In this document: positions 38,859 through 47,904 of the stretch, in pieces
How positions within the stretch are numbered: the first letter of the stretch is position 1
Layout: each line of letters begins with the position of its first letter
Source of the DNA: Candidatus Cryptobacteroides intestinavium
GTDB taxonomy: Bacteria; Bacteroidota; Bacteroidia; Bacteroidales; UBA932
Assembly: GCA_017694845.1 (NCBI GenBank)
Contig: JADIMI010000022.1
Coordinates: forward strand, 650-64,649
Length of the DNA: 64,000 bases
Direction of reading: 5' to 3'
Translations under genes and position numbers: made by a program
The notes under the pieces: model-generated
Told to the model about the DNA's origin: nothing
Seen by the model: only the letters and a program-made list of their open reading frames with translations
Database searches by the model: none

Positions 38859-40358
38859 CTATCGTAGTTTAACGGTTTCTTCATCAAAGACAAGGTCACA
38901 TCCATTGTCGAAATCATAAAGAGTGACATATCTCAGATTGTAATAAAGCAGCCACGAGATGTACAGTTGCGAAATATAGTTCTGTCTTGCAGCATCTTTC
39001 TCCTGCTCCGCATAATTAATGTCAATTACTCCTATATCTCCCAAAGTAAACTGTTCAAGTGCAATCCTGTACCTTTCCTGTGCGATGGAATCTGCAGAAT
39101 GGTACAGTTCCAGAAGTCTTGGCTGGTCGGATATATCAGTGATGAGAGTCCTCACTGACTCTCTGAAATCATTCTCCTCCCTTGCAACACGATCTTCGAC
39201 AAGAGCATACTGCGAACGGGCGAGTTCATAGTTGCCTTTCCTTTTGCCCCAGTCCAGAATCGGAATCGAGAGTCCGATGTTTGCGACCTGCAGATTCTGG
39301 AGGTCTGCATAAGACCGGAAGAACTTCTGGTCACTGCCCGTGCTGCCAATCGCGACATTCAGGCTTATGTCCGGCAGACGCTCCCTTTTGGCCTTTACCA
39401 TATTTTCCTCCGCTTCCAGCAGCCTGACCTTGAAATCCTTGTATAAAGGATTGTTGGCAAAAGCCTTGTCCCAGACAAGCCCGATATTGATATTCTCCAG
39501 ATTTTTAGCCGGAGGCAGTTGCGGGACAATCTCTACAGAATCATCAAGACCGAGATAGTTTCTGAGACTGTGCATCTTCTCTGAATAATCATGCTCCGCA
39601 TCAATGAGGGCTGCTTCAGCATTCAGCATACTGACATTCAAGTGCATCAACTCATCTTTTGACAATATCCCCATATCCGCCTTTTCAAGAGCAATCGAAT
39701 GAAGTTTTCTTGCCGTCTCAAGATTCTGCACTGCAATCTCTTTTCTGGATGCTGACATAAGGAAATCAAAATAGCACGTGACAGTAGTTATGTTGACGTT
39801 CTCCATATCCGCCACATATTGCAGACGGCTCTTCTCATACCGCACAGGCTCTATCTTCCTGTCCCATTTATATGGATTGTATGCAAGCAGCGGCTGCTCC
39901 CAGCTCAAGGCAAACGGAACAGAGAGAAAACTGCCCACATTACTTTGCCCCAGTTGATCCATACGCTGGATGCTTGACTGCAGACGGAGTGTACCTCCTG
40001 TAAAAGGGATCGCCTGTGTCACATTGATGGCAAGATCCTCGGTGATATAATTGTTCCTGATAAACTTGTACACCCCATCGGACTGTTGATATGAAGACAA
40101 TGACCGGTTCAATGACGGGAGCGTCCCTTCAAGGGAGATATTGGGATACAGTCCTGCCTTATAGTTGCGGTACTGCCAATATGCTATTCTCAGGTTGTTG
40201 CTGTTTTCCTTTGAGTCAAGGGACTGCTGTCTGCCTATCTCCAAAGCCTCGGCAAGACCGAGCCTGACCGTATCCCTCTCTTGACCAGAAAGCCCTATAC
40301 AGGCCGGAAAGAGAACCAGGATGCAAAATAAACGTAATATGTAATTGTCGCTATTCAT
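38859..40358 (-). CDS. TolC family outer membrane channel (second copy)
   Basis: Paralog of 22001-23491; WEQPLL, LSIPILDWG. Confidence 0.87.
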   Translation of the reverse strand: MNSDNYILRLFCILVLFPACIGLSGQERDTVRLGLAEALEIGRQQSLDSKENSNNLRIAYWQYRNYKAGLYPNISLEGTLPSLNRSLSSYQQSDGVYKFIRNNYITEDLAINVTQAIPFTGGTLRLQSSIQRMDQLGQSNVGSFLSVPFALSWEQPLLAYNPYKWDRKIEPVRYEKSRLQYVADMENVNITTVTCYFDFLMSASRKEIAVQNLETARKLHSIALEKADMGILSKDELMHLNVSMLNAEAALIDAEHDYSEKMHSLRNYLGLDDSVEIVPQLPPAKNLENINIGLVWDKAFANNPLYKDFKVRLLEAEENMVKAKRERLPDISLNVAIGSTGSDQKFFRSYADLQNLQVANIGLSIPILDWGKRKGNYELARSQYALVEDRVAREENDFRESVRTLITDISDQPRLLELYHSADSIAQERYRIALEQFTLGDIGVIDINYAEQEKDAARQNYISQLYISWLLYYNLRYVTLYDFDNGCDLVFDEETVKLR

Positions 40359-41517
40359 AACGCAACGCCTTGGATATGCTTAATCTGGAAACCTTATACG
40401 CAGGAACGGCCGTGCTTGCCAAGGAGAAAATGACGATACTCAACAAAGCCGCCCCTACGCCACAGACATTCCAGACACTTGAATCGTAAATGAATAACGC
40501 CAGCAGAAGGCCAGGAACAGCAGATATGAGGGTCACGATAAGGCTTTCCGAAAGGACATCCCTCATAAGCCGGCTTCTGGTTGACCCGATGGCAAATCTT
40601 ACGGCAAACTCTTCAAGTCTCCTCCGTGCATTCAACTGTACGACACCGAACGTCCCGAGCAATGCGAAAATCAACAGGAAAACGGTAGGGATGGATATAG
40701 CATAAAGTTTCATCATAACAGGATACATATTCAACCTTCGTGTATCCTCGGCATCAAAAAGTGTCGGAACTATGTCATCATCTGCCAACTTTCTGAACTC
40801 TCCCGCAAAATCAGCGGAAAACCTGTCATAACTGCCTTTCTCAAGGCGGAAACAGTACTCGACCATCCCCGACGGATTCAGCAGATTGTTGCTTAATATC
40901 AGTGCCGGTACCGGAGGCTCAAAGACAGCATGCCTTATTCCGGATATTACCCCTGCTATCGTTATAGGCATATTGTTGTATACGACACTTTTCCCTACAG
41001 GAGCATCCAGTCCTATGTCATCTGCCAGCTTCCTTGTTATCACGCATTCAGGATTCCCATCTGCAGACAGGCCTGACTCCGAAAGCCACCGGCCCTCTTC
41101 CACATCAAAACGGAACACCTCAAGTCCAGCGACATCCGCGCCCTTTATATATGTCTTATATCTTGAACCCGCAAACGACACGGAATCTGCAAAATATAAT
41201 TCATCTTCCCTAAGGTACGGAGCAAGGAAAAGGCTTCTGGTATAACTTCTGACGTATTCTTTCCTTGACATATTCTCGGAAATGGCTGATGCCACCCTTG
41301 GAGATTTCGTCATGGTCGCCTTGTCATGCTGACGTGGCGAGAATGCAAGGACTACCGTGTCGGATGTGTCGGGAAGTCCAGGCTGGAGATATTGCCATAA
41401 TGCCTTGCATACCGAAGCGAAGCACAACATAAGCAGAATAAACACCACACACTGTTCAAATGAAATCCAGACCAGTTCTCTCCTGCGATTCCATATTGTT
41501 TTGAAAACATATCTCAT
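40351..41517 (-). CDS. MacB/FtsX-type ABC permease
   Basis: One plus three TM layout; EEGRWL; EFAVRFAIGSTR; PAYKVSRL. Confidence 0.8.
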   Translation of the reverse strand: MRYVFKTIWNRRRELVWISFEQCVVFILLMLCFASVCKALWQYLQPGLPDTSDTVVLAFSPRQHDKATMTKSPRVASAISENMSRKEYVRSYTRSLFLAPYLREDELYFADSVSFAGSRYKTYIKGADVAGLEVFRFDVEEGRWLSESGLSADGNPECVITRKLADDIGLDAPVGKSVVYNNMPITIAGVISGIRHAVFEPPVPALILSNNLLNPSGMVEYCFRLEKGSYDRFSADFAGEFRKLADDDIVPTLFDAEDTRRLNMYPVMMKLYAISIPTVFLLIFALLGTFGVVQLNARRRLEEFAVRFAIGSTRSRLMRDVLSESLIVTLISAVPGLLLALFIYDSSVWNVCGVGAALLSIVIFSLASTAVPAYKVSRLSISKALRYE

Positions 41518-42731
41518 AACTCAACATTTCCTTTAAGACTGTCAGCAATATTCTTTCTGGAAATCCTCCATGCAGGGAGTCCGCCGGACAACAGTGAAAA
41601 CAGGACAAAAACCGGCAGCACAAACATCACTATCACCGGAACATCAAGGCCCGAAAACAGCGCTGTCCCGAACGCGCCTGCATCAAGGGCAGCATTCAGT
41701 GCAGCTGCCAGAGGATAGACGAGCAGTATACCGATAATGACACCGATAAATACAAGTATGGAATGTTCAGTCATCAGACTTATGAAAGCGGAAGAAGAAG
41801 TTGCCCCTAATGCGCGACATACGCTTGTCTCGTGCAGCCTGCTATAGGCGTTGGCAGCACTCAGGCTTACTATATTCACGGAAGGCACCAAGATAAGAAT
41901 AAACAGTATGCCCCATATTCCCCATGAGAAAAACCATCCGTCATCGCGTCGGTCATGAAGAGTCCGGACCGATTCGGGCCGGATATCCACCCTGGTATCC
42001 CTTTCATTGAAATAGGACGTGACACAGGATGACACCTCATTCCTGATCTCATCGGCTCCAATATCCCGGCTGAACAGCAGATACAGGTCAGATGGGGAAT
42101 CATCGGAGAGTTTTTCGTTGAAGATGTTCGGTATCCATATATTGCCCAGTCCGTTTCCATCGCTCGAAAACTCGGTGAAACTGTCCACGACTCCGATAAT
42201 TGTGAAAGTGCTGCCGAGATATTCCATTCCTCGCCCGACCACGTCTGGCGAGCCGAACAGATCCTGCGCCAGTTTCTTTTCAATAACAGCTACCCTGGAG
42301 CCGTTACCGACATCTGAAGCGTTGAACGGTCTTCCGTCAATGAACCGAAAATCGAATACATCCCAAAATCCGGGATTCGTAAAATAAAGCGACAACGGAT
42401 GCAGGACATCCCCGATGTAGATGTTGGAAATCTGGGATGACAGCATTGCATAGGATTCCATATCATAGAAACGTCCGGCGAAGTCCGGCATTTCACTGTC
42501 CCTTAAGGAAGGCACCGTCTTGCCTTCATAGTCATGGAAAGTTCCCATCTCCACAATCCGTCCGGCTTCGGAAAACGGAGGCCGGTCAAAGTCCACAGTG
42601 TAGTATATCTGCATCAGCACCGTTATGAAAGCAAAGGATATGGCTGCGCCGAACACTACAAAGAAAGAATAACCCTTGTGCCGCAGAATGTTCTGCCACG
42701 AAAGTCTGATATATACCGACAACCGTTTCAT
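41514..42731 (-). CDS. MacB/FtsX-type ABC permease
   Basis: FIDGRPF, FTIIGVV, RALGA, PAWRISR...LK. Confidence 0.82.
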   Translation of the reverse strand: MKRLSVYIRLSWQNILRHKGYSFFVVFGAAISFAFITVLMQIYYTVDFDRPPFSEAGRIVEMGTFHDYEGKTVPSLRDSEMPDFAGRFYDMESYAMLSSQISNIYIGDVLHPLSLYFTNPGFWDVFDFRFIDGRPFNASDVGNGSRVAVIEKKLAQDLFGSPDVVGRGMEYLGSTFTIIGVVDSFTEFSSDGNGLGNIWIPNIFNEKLSDDSPSDLYLLFSRDIGADEIRNEVSSCVTSYFNERDTRVDIRPESVRTLHDRRDDGWFFSWGIWGILFILILVPSVNIVSLSAANAYSRLHETSVCRALGATSSSAFISLMTEHSILVFIGVIIGILLVYPLAAALNAALDAGAFGTALFSGLDVPVIVMFVLPVFVLFSLLSGGLPAWRISRKNIADSLKGNVEL

Positions 42732-43414
42732 AGCGATGCGGTTTTAATGCTGTCAGAAAGATGTCCGTCCGCCATCGTCACTGTCCTGCCTGTATATCTC
42801 GCTATTTCGTCGCTATGGGTCACCATCAGTATGGTCTTCCCGGATGAATTCAATTTTTTAAGCAGTTCCATTATCTCCGTGCTGTTCCTGCTGTCAAGAT
42901 TGCCGGTAGGCTCGTCTGCGAGAATGATTTCCGGGTCAGTCACCAAGGCTCTGGCAATAGCGGCTCTCTGACACTGACCGCCTGAGAGCTGGGCCGGGAA
43001 ATGGTGCATTCTGTGGGCAAGTCCTACCGTCTCAAGCAGGGACTCCGCTTTTTCCCTCGCCTTGGAATGCGAAATATCATCCCTGAATGTCAGGGGAAGC
43101 ATCACATTGTCTATAATGTTCAAAGAAGATATCAGATGGAAACTCTGGAAGATGAATCCTATCTTCCTGTTCCTGATAAAAGCCTTTCCCTTGTCATCCA
43201 GATCTTCCACATTCTGACCGTCAAGAACGATCTTCCCTTCAGTGGGTTCATCAAGAAGACCGGCAATGTTCAGAAGCGTAGACTTGCCACATCCTGACTG
43301 CCCCATTATGGAGACGAATTCACCTTTGCCTATATCAAGACTTACATCATCAATGGCATAGGTTTCCATATCCTGGGTACGGAATACTTTGGTTATGTGT
43401 TTAAGTTCCAGCAT
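42728..43414 (-). CDS. ABC ATP-binding protein (MacB/LolD type)
   Basis: Walker A GQSGCGKS, LSGGQ, ILADEPTGNLD, MVTH. Confidence 0.93.
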   Translation of the reverse strand: MLELKHITKVFRTQDMETYAIDDVSLDIGKGEFVSIMGQSGCGKSTLLNIAGLLDEPTEGKIVLDGQNVEDLDDKGKAFIRNRKIGFIFQSFHLISSLNIIDNVMLPLTFRDDISHSKAREKAESLLETVGLAHRMHHFPAQLSGGQCQRAAIARALVTDPEIILADEPTGNLDSRNSTEIMELLKKLNSSGKTILMVTHSDEIARYTGRTVTMADGHLSDSIKTASL

Positions 43415-43441
43415 AGTTATTGTTATTGATCTGTGGTTTTA

Positions 43442-43505
43442 CAAAATTAGGCAATATTCTGCAATTTTATTGATACTCTTTAGACAATATTTACCACTTT
43501 CATAG
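43442..43505 (-). promoter_or_regulatory. Degenerate direct-repeat promoter element, copy D, ahead of the ABC operon
   Basis: TAATTTTG at 43442-43449, shared GGCAATATTCTGC spacer, ATTGATACTCTTTAGA at 43469 (19-nt gap). Confidence 0.6.
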
Positions 43506-45017
43506 GGCTTCATTCATTTTCAGACTGTCAAGTCTCCCTTCAGTTTCCCTCCGGAGCCGCACCATTGTCAAGTTACGTAGATTCACCGACATAGACATTA
43601 TTTTCTTCCCGACAGTTTCGGCATCTGCTGTCCGACCCTGCCGGATATACATATCCATAAGCAATGTCAACGGATACAGACGTGACGGCACCATATAATG
43701 CGACTTCAGATACTCCTTCTCCGCATTGCCATAATCTTCCACAGCTTCATAGTTTTTCCCGATTATATTATGGAACATCGGGTCGCAGGATATTTTCGCT
43801 CCCTCCTCCAGGACCGCATTGCTTTCAGCATATCTTTCAGCCTTGTGCAGCGCATATCCCAGATCATAAAGATAGCGGTAATTGCCTTTAAGTCTGTCAT
43901 ATAGCGGGATCAGTCCTTCGGCAGAATCTTCATAAAGCCCTGCCGTACTCCAGTATTTCGCATCCTGCCATTTCCTCTCGGCCGCAGTCTCAGATTCAAT
44001 ATCCCTATGCAACAATATGGCAGCCAGTACAAGCAGCACCGATGACACAGACAGTACAATAATGCGTAAAACATTCTTTCTGCTCTCTATCTTCGGATCA
44101 ATGGCGAATCCGGCACCGAGACATAATGCCAGACATACCCTGAACGGCCACAGGCTCATCGGATATGAAAAAAAGGCAAATACACACAAAGCCGCCAACG
44201 CATATCCGAGAGCATTCCGGTGACGTATCAGGTTCCATATTGCGGAAGCAGGTATGACAAGCGACATCAACAGCCCAGGGATACCGTACTCGATGCCTAT
44301 ACCGAGATATTCATTGAAAGGATATTCAGGGCAGCCTGCTATCTGTACCGCAACATCCGCCCTCTCCTTCTCTCTGAAGAATTCCTCCTGAGCCTTACCG
44401 TATTCCCCGAGTACAGTCCCCGGCCCGCTGCCGAAGAAACTCCCGGACGCAATGGCCCGGGCTTCGATTCTCCAGATATGCAGCCGGCCTAAAGCAGACT
44501 CGTGCTTAAGACTGATTATTCCCGTCAGGCATACCACCACTACAACTGCAACAGCCAGCAGAAGCCACCTGCGACCCGATATCCATCTTTTTATTCTCCC
44601 ATCCCGCACGAGAGACAAAGCTATGGCCACTATGAATCCCATCCATCCCGCCCTGCTCATTGTCGCAGGAAGAACGATAACGCAGAGAAATACGGAGAAG
44701 AATATAACGGTGTCATATACGATATCCGCAACCTTACCCTTGAAAAGCAGACCTCCCCGTTCCAGCAGATACACCGTCCCTGCAGCCAGCGGCATCGCAA
44801 TGAATCCTCCATAAGGACCCGGATTCGCGAAGGTGCCGGTCATGGCATATCCAGGATGTCCAGACACGGCAAATCCCGCCAGCTGCATCAGTCCCAGCAC
44901 AGCCTCATATCCACCGCACAGACACAGGCACAAAAGGGCGGTCCTTGACAGCCATTTCTCTCCGCTGAAGGAAAACGCCAGCCAGAAGGCGATGAATATC
45001 AATAAATACGGCAACAC
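43500..45017 (-). CDS. O-antigen ligase-like (Wzy_C) membrane protein with C-terminal TPR
   Basis: Multiple TMs; GTFANPGPYGG, TMSRAGW, GRLHIW, FGSGPG, FNEYL...EYGIPG; TPR-like tail. Confidence 0.82.
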   Translation of the reverse strand: MLPYLLIFIAFWLAFSFSGEKWLSRTALLCLCLCGGYEAVLGLMQLAGFAVSGHPGYAMTGTFANPGPYGGFIAMPLAAGTVYLLERGGLLFKGKVADIVYDTVIFFSVFLCVIVLPATMSRAGWMGFIVAIALSLVRDGRIKRWISGRRWLLLAVAVVVVVCLTGIISLKHESALGRLHIWRIEARAIASGSFFGSGPGTVLGEYGKAQEEFFREKERADVAVQIAGCPEYPFNEYLGIGIEYGIPGLLMSLVIPASAIWNLIRHRNALGYALAALCVFAFFSYPMSLWPFRVCLALCLGAGFAIDPKIESRKNVLRIIVLSVSSVLLVLAAILLHRDIESETAAERKWQDAKYWSTAGLYEDSAEGLIPLYDRLKGNYRYLYDLGYALHKAERYAESNAVLEEGAKISCDPMFHNIIGKNYEAVEDYGNAEKEYLKSHYMVPSRLYPLTLLMDMYIRQGRTADAETVGKKIMSMSVNLRNLTMVRLRRETEGRLDSLKMNEAL

Positions 45018-45025
45018 TGTCTGTT

Positions 45026-46312
45026 TTACTTCACTGTCTGTAACATAAAGACTTCCCTTTCCATATCCTCGACCCGTTCCCGAAGATATGTAGTCAATCC
45101 TGAGTCGGGACCTGACAGATCAAGACCTTTCCTGTAATAGTCCAGGGCCTTCGCCCAATCCTCCTTCATCTGGCTGCAATAGCCAAGATACAGATATATC
45201 CGTGCATCCGGGATACCATACTTCAATGCCGTCATATAACATTTCCCCGACTTTTTCCAGTCCGCCAACCTGTAATATGCATATCCGCGCCTCCGCCAGA
45301 TCTCGGACATGACAGTACCGTCAGGCTCCATCATACACAATGCCTTGTCGAACCACGCATCCATTTCAGAATATGCTTCTTCTCCGACTTTCAGAAAACC
45401 GGATCCGACCGCCAGCAGTTCCGCCTTTACAGAGGCAATCAGAAGTACCAGCCCGACCTCTGTCGAATCGATCGCATAGGCTTTCATAAGTTCTTCTTCC
45501 GCCTCGAACACCCTGTCCAATTGCCACAGATTCTGTCCGAGCATGAGATGTGTCCCATATGAATCATCTCCAAGGTCAAGTATCCTGTTGAATGTCCCCA
45601 TCGATGCCTGATAATCCTCCTTAAGATACTGAGCCGTTCCTTTGACCGAATTGATCTTGATATTGTCAGGTCTTTCAGAAAGATAACCGTCTGCCAATGA
45701 TATGACCTCATCATACTGCCCCTCTGAAAGCAGTATATCGGACATCTTGTCTATCACATCCGGATAAAGGGGTCTGAGCCGCAATGCCTCCTGGTAATAT
45801 ACAAGAGCCGAATCCCGCTGTCCCGTACGGTTGAACGCATCACCGACAAGCGAACAGACAGCAGGGATGCTGTCCTTAAGAAGAATGGACTTGCCGAGCC
45901 GGATACTTTCAGAATATTCCCCGCAGCGGTAACTCATCTGCATCAGCCGGATGCCCGCAACAATGTTGTCCGGTTCGGACATTGAGAGCATCATATAGAA
46001 TGTCCTTGCCCCGCTGTAGTTCCCGTCCAGATAGTTACAGTCTGCTATTTCTGCGATAATCTTACTGTCCGGGCTGCCTTTCTGAAGCAATGAGGCGAAT
46101 ACTTCCGCCGCCTCATCATACCGCATCACGCTTTTGAGATACAGTCCTTCCTGCAGGACAAGTTCGCGTATATGCGCACTGTCAGACAGGGATACAAGAC
46201 TGTCCGGCAGGCTATAGACCGATTGTCCCGATGCACATACCACAGACAATAGCAATGCCGGGCATGACACTGACAATAATTGTCTGATCATTATCTGGCA
46301 ATAAGTCTGCAT
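45026..46312 (-). CDS. Secreted tetratricopeptide-repeat protein
   Basis: Signal-like N-terminus; repeated TPR patterns (ALVYYQEALRLRP, ALDYYRKGL). Start may be 46291. Confidence 0.75.
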   Translation of the reverse strand: MQTYCQIMIRQLLSVSCPALLLSVVCASGQSVYSLPDSLVSLSDSAHIRELVLQEGLYLKSVMRYDEAAEVFASLLQKGSPDSKIIAEIADCNYLDGNYSGARTFYMMLSMSEPDNIVAGIRLMQMSYRCGEYSESIRLGKSILLKDSIPAVCSLVGDAFNRTGQRDSALVYYQEALRLRPLYPDVIDKMSDILLSEGQYDEVISLADGYLSERPDNIKINSVKGTAQYLKEDYQASMGTFNRILDLGDDSYGTHLMLGQNLWQLDRVFEAEEELMKAYAIDSTEVGLVLLIASVKAELLAVGSGFLKVGEEAYSEMDAWFDKALCMMEPDGTVMSEIWRRRGYAYYRLADWKKSGKCYMTALKYGIPDARIYLYLGYCSQMKEDWAKALDYYRKGLDLSGPDSGLTTYLRERVEDMEREVFMLQTVK

Positions 46313-46623
46313 AGAGTATATACGTCCTCCTCGAATTCTTCAAGAGAATCGTTTTTCAAGTCATATTTCACAAGCTTCATATTATCTTTAGCGGCATAGA
46401 CGAGGCTTCCATCTGCCATTGACATCGGGGATGCCGATATCTTGCGAAGCATAAGATGCATATGACGTACACAATAATAATCCTACTATGACATAGTAAA
46501 TATACTTCAATCCTCTCATAATATTTATCTATTTTACGCACGCCCATAGCCAGATCAAACAATTTTACGACAGTCTCCTGCTTTATACTACGGTTGTGTA
46601 AGCCTTTCATACTTCGATTCGGT

Positions 46624-47691
46624 TCAAATAGACAACTTCCCGATATAATTCCGCTGATATACATCACTTATGACAGCATAAAGTTCCCCTTTCTCCTCAT
46701 CAGTACATAGGCACAAAACATTGTAGTCAGTCTCTATTTTTTCAACGGCCCGTCCTTTCCAGTCGAAAATCACCACATCCGGACTGGTCAGCAGTCTGTC
46801 TTCAAGAGGGAGTTTGTTATTGGACAGGAACTTCACCCCGTTGCCAACCGCTCCATAAAGTCTTTCATCCGTTGCATACAGATCCTGAAATCCAGATGCG
46901 GCATCTTCCGTTAGTTCTATATTCATTCCGTCCGGAGACCGGACTCCAGGACTGAACATATATTCTGTCTTCCTGTTCTCAATCCCATCTTCTAACGAGA
47001 AAAATTCCAATATACCTCCCCACGAAGATGGCGCCAGAGCCATTTTCTTCCCGTCAGGAGAGACTGTCCCTGTGGTAAAGCTGTATATACTGCGACATAA
47101 GGAAATATCGCCGATATCAGGGAACTCGTTATACCGGTACAGGACAGCTCCGTCTTCTGTCTGGATTTCTATCCTGGTCATATCGGGAATATCTTTACCC
47201 GAAGGCACGGCGCGGATCACGACCCTAAGATCTCCTGCATCCATCAGACAGCTTATAAACGATGGTATCTCATATGGTTCCTGACCGACTGCCGCCAGAC
47301 CGGCTGAGACGAATGACTCCACAGGAACGGAAATCCTCCCTGCCCCGGAATCATAGATCACCACACTCTCTTCATTATAATTCATACTGTTCAGAACTGG
47401 TATCATAATCTCTTTCGGTCCTCTCCCCATACGTATACCATCCGCCACCAGACTTCCTTTCTCCCGGTCATATATATGAACAAAAGTCTGATTCACTCTG
47501 TCATATCCAATGATTACTATATAATCTCCTGACAAATACATATCGCTCGGAACGCTGATGCTTTCCAATTCTCCTGTCAGAAGTTCGAATTCCGCTTCCT
47601 GTTCTATCTTGAAGTCGGGATAATCATATTTCTCCTGTTCTGAACAACCTGCCAGTGCCGCTACGGCTGCCGCGATAATCATTTTCTTCAT
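46624..47691 (-). CDS. Beta-propeller lipoprotein whose first residues match the NVEALA peptide leader
   Basis: MKKMIIAAAVAALAGC; MGRGPKE; VSPDG; IFDWKG; most similar to 29556-30665. Confidence 0.82.
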   Translation of the reverse strand: MKKMIIAAAVAALAGCSEQEKYDYPDFKIEQEAEFELLTGELESISVPSDMYLSGDYIVIIGYDRVNQTFVHIYDREKGSLVADGIRMGRGPKEIMIPVLNSMNYNEESVVIYDSGAGRISVPVESFVSAGLAAVGQEPYEIPSFISCLMDAGDLRVVIRAVPSGKDIPDMTRIEIQTEDGAVLYRYNEFPDIGDISLCRSIYSFTTGTVSPDGKKMALAPSSWGGILEFFSLEDGIENRKTEYMFSPGVRSPDGMNIELTEDAASGFQDLYATDERLYGAVGNGVKFLSNNKLPLEDRLLTSPDVVIFDWKGRAVEKIETDYNVLCLCTDEEKGELYAVISDVYQRNYIGKLSI

Positions 47692-47718
47692 ACAATTATG
47701 TCATTATGTGGTTCTTTA

Positions 47719-47748
47719 TATATACGCAATACCTTACAAAAACACCTA
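47719..47748 (-). promoter_or_regulatory. ECF-like promoter motif (TAGGTG-N14-TGCGTATATA)
   Basis: Matches the motif upstream of fecR in sequence and spacing. Confidence 0.55.
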
Positions 47749-47822
47749 AAAGAAATTTGTCTTTTTGCTGAATTACTTGCTCCGGTCCGGCTTTAATGTC
47801 AGCAATCGGCTGCCTGTCTCTA

Positions 47823-47886
47823 CAAAGGTAGGCAATATTCTGCCGTCTTATTAACACTCTTTAGACAAAAATTAACACTCTTTAGG
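47823..47886 (-). promoter_or_regulatory. Direct-repeat promoter element, copy E
   Basis: Repeats at 47850 and 47871; TACCTTTG at 47823-47830. Confidence 0.75.
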
Positions 47887-47904
47887 ATTTTTACCGGAAA
47901 ACAC

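Noticed and set aside
46377-46667. 96-aa ORF as a real gene or a seventh peptide
   Set aside because: It overlaps the upstream gene and has no leader, NVEAL box or recognisable motif.
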